IMG/VR virus record: IMGVR_UViG_3300024999_000053
Location: 53,964 to 117,963 of that record
Length of the DNA: 64,000 bases
Origin: a virus
Direction: 5' to 3' (one strand)
Shown: piece by piece, positions 37,736 through 48,600 of the stretch
Layout: each line of letters starts with the position of its first letter
Numbering within the stretch: the first letter of the stretch is position 1
The notes under the pieces: generated by a model
The model's input: the letters and a program-made list of their open reading frames with translations, nothing else
Told to the model about the DNA's origin: nothing
The model's database searches: none
Made by a program: the position numbers and the translations under genes

Positions 37736-39632
37736 TCAATTAGAAGTATATAATTCTATTTTTTTTTGATAGTTTTTAATTTCTCTTTGCCATTTACATA
37801 ATTCATTTGGTTTTGAGCAAACAACTTTACCAAGTTTAAATAAGTAATTGAAACTAGTATGATAACACCAAGCCGAACAACAAAATGGCCTACAAGTGCA
37901 TTGATATAATTGATTACTAATACTTAGATTCATTTAATTTTCCTCATTCTCGATTTTCTTCTTAATAATATCTAAAATTTCCAAGCAAGCTTTCTTGTAC
38001 CCTTTTGACCACGCATAGGTACTTTCATTATGATAATCTATATTGATAGAATTTATCTCATTAATTAACCATTCTTTCAACTCTTTCATTGCGAACCATT
38101 CTCCTTTCTTTTTGTGTCACCTCCCTTCTGTCATTTTATTTTATGTTTATTTAAGAAAATTGTGAGTATTATATTTCGTCTCTGATAAATTTAATATAAT
38201 CATTTATCTGACAAAGATGGCAAACGTATTGTTTATCTAAAAGATATCCATCCCAATCTTCAATTCCGATTTTATTTAAACAATACAATTTACAGAATTG
38301 TTCTTTTAATTCTAATAATTTATCTTCCATTAAAATTCCTCATCCAGTGCTAATTTCCAACATTCAGAACAAAATATGTTGCTTCCTAAAATACATTTGT
38401 TGTGCTGATTCTCATTTAAATTTACATGACTTGGACATACGCCAATTAATTTATACAATTGAGAATTTGGTTCTAATTGAAGATATTCTATTAATTTATC
38501 TTTTCCTGTCATTAAAGTATTTGGGATATAATTAGGATGAGGACATGAATCTTTATGGTTTAATAAGCATCCTTCTCCAAAAGGTTCTTCCCAATCAGGT
38601 GAATAGCAAACTCCACTGTCGAAATGTATGCATTGTTTCATTTTTTAACAACAACTCCTTTATTCATCAGTTTCTTCCTTATCTTTTTTACCACTATTAG
38701 ACTTCATACTGATCATTCCTGGAATCAACATTGCCCAAAGACAATTTGCATCTTTAGTATAATAAATTCCAATTGATGTTGCGAGGGCTGTTGCTATCCA
38801 TGCCATCCCATATGCAATCCGCATATTATAAATACTCCTTTCTCTCACATAAATTATTATTTTACTTGGTTAATTATTTGCTTTCTTAACATCGGCAAAA
38901 CCAACAAAACAAGTACAATCATTGAACTCAGGATTATCATCTAATCTTATTGCTAATGGTCTTTTTGAATCACAAATATCAACGTCAAATATTTTACCAA
39001 AATATCCTTTAAAGATTCCATTAATTACTTCTACAAAATCGCCTACTGATGGCATGTTTTCATAATATACAATTATTTCATTTAGTGAATCTCTAATAAA
39101 TTTTGCTTGTTGTAAATCAAAACTAAGACAATTAGTACCATCTACTTCATTTAGCATAATAAAATCATTATCTTTAGGAGCATTGTGAGTCCATTTATCA
39201 GTATAGTTTGGTTCAATAAAAATATTATCTAGAGAATATTTATTTTTTAACATTAGTTATATTCCTTCTTTCTTATTTTAATATAATTTTTCGCTCAATT
39301 CTTCTATAAGTTTATATATTGTTTTAATCTCTGTAAGATTACTATATTCTTCAAGCATATCTTTGATTGTATTTACTTCATTTTCTACAATTTCAATAAT
39401 ATTTAAAGCATCTTCTAAATTAACTTTTCCATCTTCATTTGAATCATATTCTAATTGTTTTCTATATTCTCCTCTCATTTAATAAATCCTCCTCTTCGTC
39501 ATTAGTATCATTTATAACATTAATGCTATTGGTAATACCATTATTACCTAATATTTCATGAATATCATGTGCAATATCTTCAGCATCTTTTTCAGAATCT
39601 ACTTCTATGTATACTTGTAATATGAAGTACAT
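37736..39632 (-). CDS. Small hypothetical genes (37736-37933, 38330-38641, 38660-38848 membrane, 38870-39253 KOW, 39278-39478, 39462-39632)
   Basis: Co-oriented ORFs; VGDFVEVINGIFKGYFGKI KOW motif in 38870-39253. Confidence 0.55.
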
Positions 39633-39651
39633 ATTTTTGCTCCTTTCTAAG

Positions 39652-39742
39652 CAAATGAAACATATTTTTTATTGGGTGCTATCATATTAGGTAGTAAATG
39701 GAAGTATTAATGAGTAAATGGAAGCATGAAAGAGGTAAAATA
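39652..39742 (+). repeat. AAA-N7-TTT core plus 55-bp arm, copy 2
   Basis: Direct repeats AGTAAATGGAAG; 46/55 identity with 7386-7440. Confidence 0.8.
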
Positions 39743-39753
39743 TGATATTTTGA

Positions 39754-40233
39754 TTAATTTTGATTAATATCGGTTAAATTAACCTCGATTTTACTATTGC
39801 TAACCAATTGTCTATATTTAACTCCTGCTATATCTAGAATAAATCTAGAAGCAATTGTTTGTTCTGAATCGCTGTATTTATTACTCAAGTATACAATTTC
39901 TGATATACCAGACTGGATTATACTTTTTGAACATTCGTTACAAGGAAATAATGTTGTGTAGAGAATACAATTAGTTAGGTCAACTTTTGCATGAAGAATA
40001 GCATTTTGCTCTGAGTGGACTACATATAGATATTTTCCTTCCAATCCTTCTTTATTTTGCCAAGGCATTTGAGAATCATCACAATTATTTGGCATACCAT
40101 TATATCCAGTAGAAATGATTCTATTTGATTTATTGACAATACATGCACCAACTTGAGTTCTTGTGTCTTTACTTCTAAGTGACGATATGTATGCTACGGA
40201 CATGAAATATTCGTCCCAATTTATGATTTGCAA
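39754..40233 (-). CDS. dCMP deaminase
   Basis: WDEYFM, RSKD..TQVGA, GYNG, HSEQNAI, PCNEC. Confidence 0.95.
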   Translation of the reverse strand: MQIINWDEYFMSVAYISSLRSKDTRTQVGACIVNKSNRIISTGYNGMPNNCDDSQMPWQNKEGLEGKYLYVVHSEQNAILHAKVDLTNCILYTTLFPCNECSKSIIQSGISEIVYLSNKYSDSEQTIASRFILDIAGVKYRQLVSNSKIEVNLTDINQN

Positions 40234-40302
40234 TTTGTTCTATTGCTCCTTTCTTGTGAGGTGGGAGAGATATATTTCAATCTCTCCATATTAAAATTAA
40301 TT

Positions 40303-40734
40303 TTATTTTCTACCTGTGCTTCCAAACCCACCCCGATTTTCATTTTCTAAATCATCAACTTCATCGAATGTTACAGTTGGCATTTTCTTTTGAATCCTAA
40401 ATTGGCAAATACGATCATTAATTTTAATCTCTGTATCTCGCATTGCTAATGCAGGATATTTCCAAATATCATTATTCCCTTTATAGATTTCATCAATTAG
40501 TCCTAAATGATTTGTTTGAATAATTCCAAATGTTTTATACGTACTTGAGCGTGGAATAACATACGCCTCATATCCTTCTGGTAATTCCATTGACACACCA
40601 AGAGAAATTAGTTTGAATTCTCCTGCTTTTAGGGAGATATTTTCTGCTGATCTTAGGTCAAACCAATCTGATTTATTTTCAATGTTTGTAATTTTATCAA
40701 TTTCCTTTGAGTGGTATTTGATTTTAATATTCAT
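40303..40734 (-). CDS. dut: dUTPase
   Basis: [28 protein letters not shown]. Confidence 0.95.
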   Translation of the reverse strand: MNIKIKYHSKEIDKITNIENKSDWFDLRSAENISLKAGEFKLISLGVSMELPEGYEAYVIPRSSTYKTFGIIQTNHLGLIDEIYKGNNDIWKYPALAMRDTEIKINDRICQFRIQKKMPTVTFDEVDDLENENRGGFGSTGRK

Positions 40735-40751
40735 TATTTATATTCCTCCAA

Positions 40752-41549
40752 TTAATTATTTAATGATTTATTCTTAAACACAGTGTTTACATCATTGTCT
40801 CTATTAACCATTGCACCAAAGTATTTGATTTCTCCTTCTCTTCTTAATTCTATAGCGTCTTCTATATTTGCACGATAACCTAAAAACTTCTTCTTACCAT
40901 TTAATTTTATATTAGCTTCCCATTTTTTATGACAACTATCCCAAGATACACCAGGAAATCCAGAAGTATTATTAGATTGCTTCCCTTTATTAATTCCATT
41001 AATTTGATATGTAGTAATTTCAAGATTGTATTTTCTACAATTCTTTCTATCTCTGTCTATATGATTTACAACCTTTGATTTGTCTTTAGGAGGTTTAAAA
41101 TTCATTACATAATTATGTAATCTTCCTATAGCGTGATTAGCAACATATTTTTCTACAGTTAAATTCCATCTATGAATTTTACACTTTTCTACATCTTCTA
41201 TGTCTATTGGTGCTCTTGCCTCTTCAATTTGATCTTCATTATATAGTATTATTTCAGCATATGTATCATGTAAAACTATTTCATTTAAATCCCTATTAGT
41301 TCTCCGTTTTGTATAACCAAATGTTTTCATTTGTTGATAATGTCTTCCGCAATAATATTTATCTTCTATACAGCCAACTTTTGTATCACTACCACAAATT
41401 TCACAAATATGTTTTGTTTTATCTATGTCTTGTAATATCTCTCCGAATTTCCATAATTGCCAATAGTGTCTTTTACAAATATTTTTATTTAATTTTTCAT
41501 TAAATCTAACACCTTTATTACTATTACATATTTCACAAAATCTCTCTAT
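40752..41549 (-). CDS. HNH endonuclease with AP2 domain and two N-terminal CxxC...CxxHY fingers (probable ATA start)
   Basis: VNHIDRDRKNCRKYNL, NTSGFPGVSW...W.A.I...LG AP2; frame open 73 codons upstream of ATG 41330. Confidence 0.8.
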   Translation of the reverse strand: MERFCEICNSNKGVRFNEKLNKNICKRHYWQLWKFGEILQDIDKTKHICEICGSDTKVGCIEDKYYCGRHYQQMKTFGYTKRRTNRDLNEIVLHDTYAEIILYNEDQIEEARAPIDIEDVEKCKIHRWNLTVEKYVANHAIGRLHNYVMNFKPPKDKSKVVNHIDRDRKNCRKYNLEITTYQINGINKGKQSNNTSGFPGVSWDSCHKKWEANIKLNGKKKFLGYRANIEDAIELRREGEIKYFGAMVNRDNDVNTVFKNKSLNN

Positions 41550-41564
41550 TTTTCTCTTCTCCTT

Positions 41565-42044
41565 CTAACTTATTTTTATTCCATATTGATTATTTGATGA
41601 CAACCAAATACCCAACGCATCATCAAATACATTGCTACTGTCCTCTTTGTATCTTCCAAATTTAATAACAATATTTTTATATTCAACTAATTTACACAAT
41701 TTATTTATTAACTCATCAGGATAGTAACCAGTGTAAATAACTATATCATCTTCAGATACTAATCTAAAATCATCTACAAATTCTAAAACTTCATCAAATT
41801 GCAACATTGGTTCTAACCCACCAATAACGATAGCTTGAGTAATGGGGTTATTGAGGTATCTATTTATAATAGATTTAATAGATACCTCAATATTTTTCTG
41901 ATTTGCTAATTTAGAATTTTGACAAACTGAAATGTCAAATTTTCCTTCTATAGCACATTTCCAATCACATTTACAAGTTGCTATCATCATTGATGTTTTT
42001 TTATAATCTTGGAAATTCTCATCCATTATGTTCTTAATCCACAT
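41565..42044 (-). CDS. nrdG: Anaerobic RNR activase (radical SAM)
   Basis: CKCDWKC...CQN, GGLEPM, IYTGY, SSNNQ; follows nrdD. Confidence 0.85.
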   Translation of the reverse strand: MWIKNIMDENFQDYKKTSMMIATCKCDWKCAIEGKFDISVCQNSKLANQKNIEVSIKSIINRYLNNPITQAIVIGGLEPMLQFDEVLEFVDDFRLVSEDDIVIYTGYYPDELINKLCKLVEYKNIVIKFGRYKEDSSNVFDDALGIWLSSNNQYGIKIS

Positions 42045-42057
42045 TTTAATACCTCTC

Positions 42058-43962
42058 TTAATCTAACAAGAACCATTTGCGCTTATCAAATTCTTGCTTT
42101 CTTTCTTTGCTATATGATTGTGTAGGAACAAGATACCCAACTATGCGACTAAAGACATCTTGAACTGATTTTCCACACGTTGGACAAATATTTCCAAAGA
42201 ATCCATGTCCTTCATCACACACAGATATTTGAACATTATATGCAAAATAGATTATACCTGAATTGGCTAAATGATTTAACATATCCCATGATTGTTCTTC
42301 ACCGGCAAATTTACCTTGTAGATTGACATGAAGGATCTGGCCTCCTCCACATTCCTTATCTAACACAGCACCAAGTTTTATTTTTTCTTGAATTGTGCTA
42401 TTCTCCATTAATGGTATCCATTGATTACTGTAGAGAAAATCTTGTTCAAATTCTGGATATAGTAGATTATCTTTAGTACATAGAATTGAATTTGCACGTT
42501 CAGCCGGAACAGCTTCAACATTTATACTATAATCAAAACTATAACTATCTTTAATTTCATTGATAGTTCTTAGAATTTTTGTAGCAAAATCAAACCCTTC
42601 TTCAGTATAAGAATTACTACCAAAAGCATCTTCTTGAATTAACCCCATATCTCTAATTGCTTCATACATTGCGGTAATACCTAGAGTATTATATTGATTA
42701 TCCATTTTTACAAGTCCATATGTATAATTTGGAAGAAGTCCTTTCTCAATGTTTCTTTTGATGATATTTCTTACAACATCTAATACCTTAATACTTAAAT
42801 GAATTCTTTTTGATAAAAGGCTGATATATTTATCTTTATTTTTATTAGATAATAAAGCAATTCTACGTAAATTCGTGGTATTAACTTGAACACTACCAAC
42901 AGAAAGAGAAGTCCCTCCAATACTATTGATAAATCCATTTAATTTAGAAGTGTTACTTAAGAGTCTGCAACAATTTGAGAGGGTTGTAACATCATTTCCA
43001 ACATAGAAATTACTATCAAACCACTTCATATTGTGTTTATTGCACCATCTAGCAAACTCTTCATCTACAAATTTACCTTCTTGGAACAATAATGAATATG
43101 TCAATACCGGAAATGTCATCATTAGTTTTTCTCTAATTTTAGCTGCCACTCCCATAAATACTTTTTGATGTTCAATAATCCCATCAATGTGATCAATTAC
43201 AAATTCTCCATCAGGAAATTGTCTTGCTCCAAATAACTCTACTAAGTAATTTTTATCCATAATAGAAATGTTAGTAAATGCACATTCTGTCACACGTAAA
43301 TATGGTTGATTTAAATCATATATGAATTTTTGGAAACATTGTTCCCTATAATATTCAGGATCTTTAAGAAAAAAGTTATTCTTAACATCATTGTTCCAAT
43401 AATAATACGAATAAACTAAGTAACTTGGTAGGCCAACTGCACCAGAACTACGATTAGCAGTCCAACTAATAAATTCTAATACATGGTCATTATATGTGGT
43501 TAAATGTTTTGCAGGAGTTGACTTAAATTTGTCAATAAAATATAATCCTTTTTCTACAATTTGATCTAAATCGTATGCATAACAATACGGAAGATACGTA
43601 CTGGTCGTAGCGTTATGTAAGTAATAATCACCATTCCATTCAGATTCTAACCATTCTTCTGCTGTAGACAATCCATATTTTTTAGTAATTTCATAAAAAA
43701 TCTTATTGAAAGAAAGTAATTTTAAATGAGGTTTAGTCATATCTGATTTTAATGTATTAATATCTTTTGTACTACTATTAGCATTTGCATCAATACTAAC
43801 ATCTGCAACAGTTTTACTATCTATAAAATTGTCAATAAAAGAATTGAAATTTAAATTGTCATTGTGAAATCCATTGATGCGCTCAAATTTTTCACCATAT
43901 TTTTGTTCCATTTTATTCAAACAAGCTACAAAATTTTTGTTAAGTTTTAATCTAATATCCAA
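42058..43962 (-). CDS. nrdD: Class III anaerobic ribonucleotide reductase (no ATP-cone)
   Basis: YLHN, PYCYA, TFPVLT, NCCRL, PAE, RIVGYL glycyl-radical loop, C-terminal Zn site. Confidence 0.92.
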   Translation of the reverse strand: MDIRLKLNKNFVACLNKMEQKYGEKFERINGFHNDNLNFNSFIDNFIDSKTVADVSIDANANSSTKDINTLKSDMTKPHLKLLSFNKIFYEITKKYGLSTAEEWLESEWNGDYYLHNATTSTYLPYCYAYDLDQIVEKGLYFIDKFKSTPAKHLTTYNDHVLEFISWTANRSSGAVGLPSYLVYSYYYWNNDVKNNFFLKDPEYYREQCFQKFIYDLNQPYLRVTECAFTNISIMDKNYLVELFGARQFPDGEFVIDHIDGIIEHQKVFMGVAAKIREKLMMTFPVLTYSLLFQEGKFVDEEFARWCNKHNMKWFDSNFYVGNDVTTLSNCCRLLSNTSKLNGFINSIGGTSLSVGSVQVNTTNLRRIALLSNKNKDKYISLLSKRIHLSIKVLDVVRNIIKRNIEKGLLPNYTYGLVKMDNQYNTLGITAMYEAIRDMGLIQEDAFGSNSYTEEGFDFATKILRTINEIKDSYSFDYSINVEAVPAERANSILCTKDNLLYPEFEQDFLYSNQWIPLMENSTIQEKIKLGAVLDKECGGGQILHVNLQGKFAGEEQSWDMLNHLANSGIIYFAYNVQISVCDEGHGFFGNICPTCGKSVQDVFSRIVGYLVPTQSYSKERKQEFDKRKWFLLD

Positions 43963-43964
43963 TA

Positions 43965-44162
43965 TTATTGCCCCTTTACCCAATTTATTGCGTCTAAATA
44001 ATTCATTGTTTTTTCTTCAACTTCTAACATTGGGGTTGATTGGAATCCTTTTGATGTCATGATATCTATATCAGAGCATAATTCGTAGTTAATATTTTTA
44101 CTGTCAAGTTTGAATTTAAGAATTTTACATTTAGGACAATCGTTTGAATAAAGTGTAGTCAA
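43965..44162 (-). CDS. nrdH: NrdH/glutaredoxin-like protein
   Basis: CPKC, STPMLEV; immediately upstream of nrdD. Confidence 0.8.
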   Translation of the reverse strand: MTTLYSNDCPKCKILKFKLDSKNINYELCSDIDIMTSKGFQSTPMLEVEEKTMNYLDAINWVKGQ

Positions 44163-44236
44163 TTATGTATCCTCCAATTATTTATTTTATTCTTACATTA
44201 TCTAATACGATAAAAAGATTGTTTGATTGATATCTA

Positions 44237-44524
44237 TTATTCCACTAACAAATCATATGTCTTTTCAAATATATCAATTTTACAAGGATAAATTTCTTCA
44301 CTAACTCCAATAATAAGCATATCTTGTGGCGTAAAATACATAAATCCTTCAAGTGTAGGAATTAAATAACATTCATCATTTTCATGAGTAACAGGATGAC
44401 CATTATAATTAAATGACCAAGGCATATCACATATTATATTTGCTCCATTATTCCTTCCGTATTCTAAGAACTCGTCAAATGTAATTGCATCAATTATTAC
44501 TGGTTTCTTACGATATTTTGCCAT
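44237..44524 (-). CDS. Conserved phage protein flanked by two AAA-N7-TTT sites
   Basis: KYRKKPV, IPTLEG, YPCK.DIFEKTY. Confidence 0.8.
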   Translation of the reverse strand: MAKYRKKPVIIDAITFDEFLEYGRNNGANIICDMPWSFNYNGHPVTHENDECYLIPTLEGFMYFTPQDMLIIGVSEEIYPCKIDIFEKTYDLLVE

Positions 44525-44568
44525 TTATTTTACCTTCTTTCTTATAAACTATCCGATAAAAATCTTCT

Positions 44569-45170
44569 TTAATTGCTCCAACTTTCTATAATGTGATCTA
44601 TTTCTGAAATTAATAAATACGACAACCCTTTTAACCATTTAAATTCATCTTTTGTAAGATTAGGATATTTATTTAATAAAACTTTATATTCCTCTTTTAC
44701 TTTATTAAAATCCATTATATGTCACACCTCCTACAAATCCCAATGTCTATTTTTCTTCAGAATCTCAATAACCTCTCCTGCATATGGTTCATCAATATTT
44801 ATAACCAAATACTGATTGCTAGGGTTTTTATTAAACTTAACTCTACTAATTCTAATATTTTTAAGAATTCTACTTAAATCAATAGAATCTTGCTCTGGTG
44901 CATGTTTGTATAAGTCATCTTGTTTTATGACTACATATTTGTGGAAGTCAATACCATGTAAAGAAATATTATTTATATAAATTATGTATCACCTTCTTTC
45001 TTAACAATAAAATTATCAGGTGCTTGCCAATACCATTGATATTGATTAAATTCACCACAAATATTCTTAAATTTCATGTAAACTTGCTCTGCATCAGGTG
45101 TTGCTAATATTCTCAAACAACTAGAAGATTTTTCACAATCAGTAAATTGACACATTGATATGTTAGCCAA
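44569..45170 (-). CDS. Small hypothetical genes (44569-44715, about 44730-44960, 44982-45170)
   Basis: RBS-led short ORFs; stop of 44569-44715 lies inside the 44553-44576 site. Confidence 0.5.
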
Positions 45171-45443
45171 ACTTTAATCTTCCATCCTTTCATTTTTAAT
45201 TTCTGATTCATTATTATAGAACTCTAATGATTCAATTGTCACCTTTTTATAATATAGTTTTTATTATACTCTTCAAAGTCACACTGAATCCAATCGCCAT
45301 CTCTGCCGTGTAAAATTTTAATATGTATTCACCTCTTTTGATTTAGCAAGAATTTGATTGGTGGTTCTAATAATCTGTATGATCAAACTCTTGCTAATGT
45401 TATGATAATTATTTTATGATTTGTGTTTAGGAATTATGATTAT

Positions 45444-45590
45444 TTAACCAATCTTTTTGTAATATGTAGTTGTATTGGTTAGATCGCTTTTACTGAACAT
45501 GAAGTTTGCTGTGTCTTGGGAATTGTATTCTTGAGAAGTGCAGGTAGTCCAAATTCCGTCGATTCGATTGATGAGTTTTGTGGGATTCAT
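45444..45590 (-). CDS. Stand-alone 48-aa protein MNPTKLINRIDGIWTTC...
   Basis: Perfect TTGACA-17-TATAAT (45645-45617), GAGGAGGTGA RBS, downstream hairpin 45343-45397. Confidence 0.65.
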   Translation of the reverse strand: MNPTKLINRIDGIWTTCTSQEYNSQDTANFMFSKSDLTNTTTYYKKIG

Positions 45591-45663
45591 TTTTGTTTCA
45601 CCTCCTCTCTATTTATATTATAGCATGTGGGGAATTTGATGTCAAGGAATTTTATTTATTGGT

Positions 45664-48600
45664 TTAAACAATTGTCTGAAACATATCTTTCAAATATGTT
45701 TGCTTCTTTTTTGTTTCTCTCGTTTTGATTGCGGTTCTTATTGCTGAATTTTGCCCGACTAATACACAATATTTCTTTGCTCTTGTAACGCCAGTATAAA
45801 GCATTTCTGTGTTCAGGAGGACATATGCTGAAGATTCAATACATACAATTGCCGTATGAAAACCTGATCCTTGAGAACGATGAATTGTGCAAACGTATGC
45901 CAGTTCTAATTTCTTAACCCCTGCTCTATCTAACACTATCTCTCCAATTCCCACAAAATCAACAACACAAACTCCATTGTCAATTTCTTTTACTATTCCC
46001 ATATTCCCATTGAAGATTGGAGTTATCTCTCCATTAGTATTAATTGCCCTATAATTATTTTTAGTGTTAATAACTTTATCTCCAAGTTTAATTTTATAAA
46101 ACTTATCCTTGTCAATTTTTACTTCAATAAAAATATCTTTATCGTCTACTGGATTGATTATTGATTGAATTTTATTATTTAAGTTATATGTTGATAAATC
46201 TCCTCTTGTTCTCATTGGAGATAATATTTGTGTTTCTATGATGTCATTGGTAATTTTATAATGTTTCAAGAAATGTTTTAAAACTCTATCAGATGGAGAA
46301 TCATCTTCTTTATAGATGTCTAATTCCATATCTTGAAGTTCTCCAAGTATCAAATTACCTTCAAATTTAGGTTTTAGTATTTGTTCTTGTTCAGAAATTT
46401 TAATTGAGGTAACAATAATTCCTGACATTTCTGCTTGTCTGTGGATTTTAGTTAAAGTTATACTTGGTATTACATTTGAATTTAGTATGTCCGAAAAAAC
46501 TTGACAATTTCCTATTGGAGTTAATTGTTTTATATCACCAACTATGATTAATTTTGCTCCGTTTGGTATTGCTTTAAGTAAACTTAAAAATATATCACCA
46601 TTTATCATCGTTGTCTCATCGATTAGTACTACGTCTGTATCCAGTGGATTCTCTTCATTATATGTAAATTCACCATGAGAATACCCTAAAAGTCTATGTA
46701 TGGTGCTTGCTTTTAAACCTGTTGCTTCTGTAATTCTGACTGATGCTTTCCCTGAGAGGGCAGCTGCCGATATAATATAATCTTTAAAAACTTGAACAAT
46801 TCCATTTAAAGTAGCAGTCTTACCACAATTACCAGTGATAAAAATACTTCCATTTCTTCTTAAAATCAACATATGAGAAGGAACTGTAAAACAATATTTA
46901 TATCCATCGATTGTTTTATACTTTTCTATTTTATTTATATTATATTTGTCTTTTGCTTGAATACCTACCGTAATAGCTCTCTGTGATACATGTACATCAT
47001 AGTCTATAGATTTTCTAGTATATAGTTTTCCACTCGTTAAATAAGATTGCCCCCTTCTGTCTTGAAATCCTAATTTTGCTCTTTTCCCAGTTGCAGAAAA
47101 AACAAATTGCACGAAATCGGCAGTAGATTTTACGTTTGCGGAAAAACTTTCTCTATTGTTCCTAATAGAGCCATCCCAATTTAAAACTTCAGACGCAATT
47201 ATTTTCAATTGTTCATAAGAGCAATTATACCAATATTCTGCGGTGAATTCTTTTTCTAGTCTGGGGGGATTTACATAGAAATCTGAAAACCCCTCTGCTG
47301 CAGAATCTGCTTCTCTCCATTTCAAATTATTGAGTTTAAATAATTCTATTAATCTTTTCTTTTTCCTATCTTTTCTAACATGAAAGCGGCAAGTGAAATT
47401 TGAATTCCCTATCATTAATGATCCGTCTGCTATTACAGCAACCATCAATCTAATTTGGTCATCAGTTAAATCAATCCCCTTTCCATCATATTTGAATGTT
47501 GTAATAAATCTACCAGAAAAACCATGTTGGTTTCCATAGTGCATTTCTATCAAATCACTACATTTCTTTATATTTAAATTATTTTTGGAACTTAAATATA
47601 CTATATTATGATTATCACAAACACATTGATCAACGCTCCCAGTTTCATTTTTAATATGATTTAAGTATTCTTCTTTTTCTTTTATGTATCTTTCTGGTAA
47701 TACTAACTCTGCTGTTCCGTCTCTATTATACTGAAGTACATTTTCACCTTCAATATAATCGGAAATCTTCTTCCATCCAACCCCATTAAAATATTCCGTA
47801 TCACAATCCACACACCCTGCTGATCCAGTTAATGCAACAATATTCTTATCGATAATTAATTTAACTGCTTCAATTTGTTCGGAAGTGTAAGCAAAACCTT
47901 GTTCTTCCTCCACACTTTTAATCGTATCTTCCCAGTCTCCAAGTTCAAATTCTTCACTACGTTCTGCATTTAGTAATCTAATTAATTCATTGTGAATATT
48001 CATTTCTAAATCGTAGTATCTCTTTAGTCCAATTAATTGACCGTCATCAGAAACATTAATTTCTTTTTTATCAACTAATTGTTTAGCTACATCATTTATA
48101 ATATCTTGTTCAATAAATCCAATTTGATCAAAAACAATATTCATTAATTCACTAAAATGTAAGTAACTCCTTCCTATTTCTCCATTTCCAGCCAATGTAT
48201 TTATAATACAAGCTTTTACTCTCCTTGAATCATTCCCTATCATACCCATTTTCTGTGCTATTTCATCAGCTTTTTTAAAACCAACACCACTAACCTCAAC
48301 TAATCTATATGGATTATTTTTAACAATATCAACCACTGTGTCAGGAGATTTATAAAAATCCAATAACTTATTTATTAGATTAGCACTCAAGTTGGCATTG
48401 CTCAATTCTGTATAAATTTGAGAATAGTCTTTACAATCTTCAAATTCTTCAATTATTCTCATCGCGGTAGCATGACCTATTCCATTAATTGACGTAAGTG
48501 CAGAAATGTCTTTATCTTCTAATAAGGTAATTACATCATCATATTTTTCAAATAATTTATATACTATATTTGGATTAATTATGCCTTCTAAAAAATCAAT

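Noticed and set aside
29586-38330. Programmed frameshifting in split genes (30050-30477, 29586-30011, about 33780-33926, 33973 C-terminus, about 38150-38330; also 17225-17369)
   Set aside because: Many independent 1-2 nt indels in short homopolymers without canonical slippery heptamers or stimulatory structures; sequencing or assembly error, or decay, is more parsimonious. Read mapping would decide.
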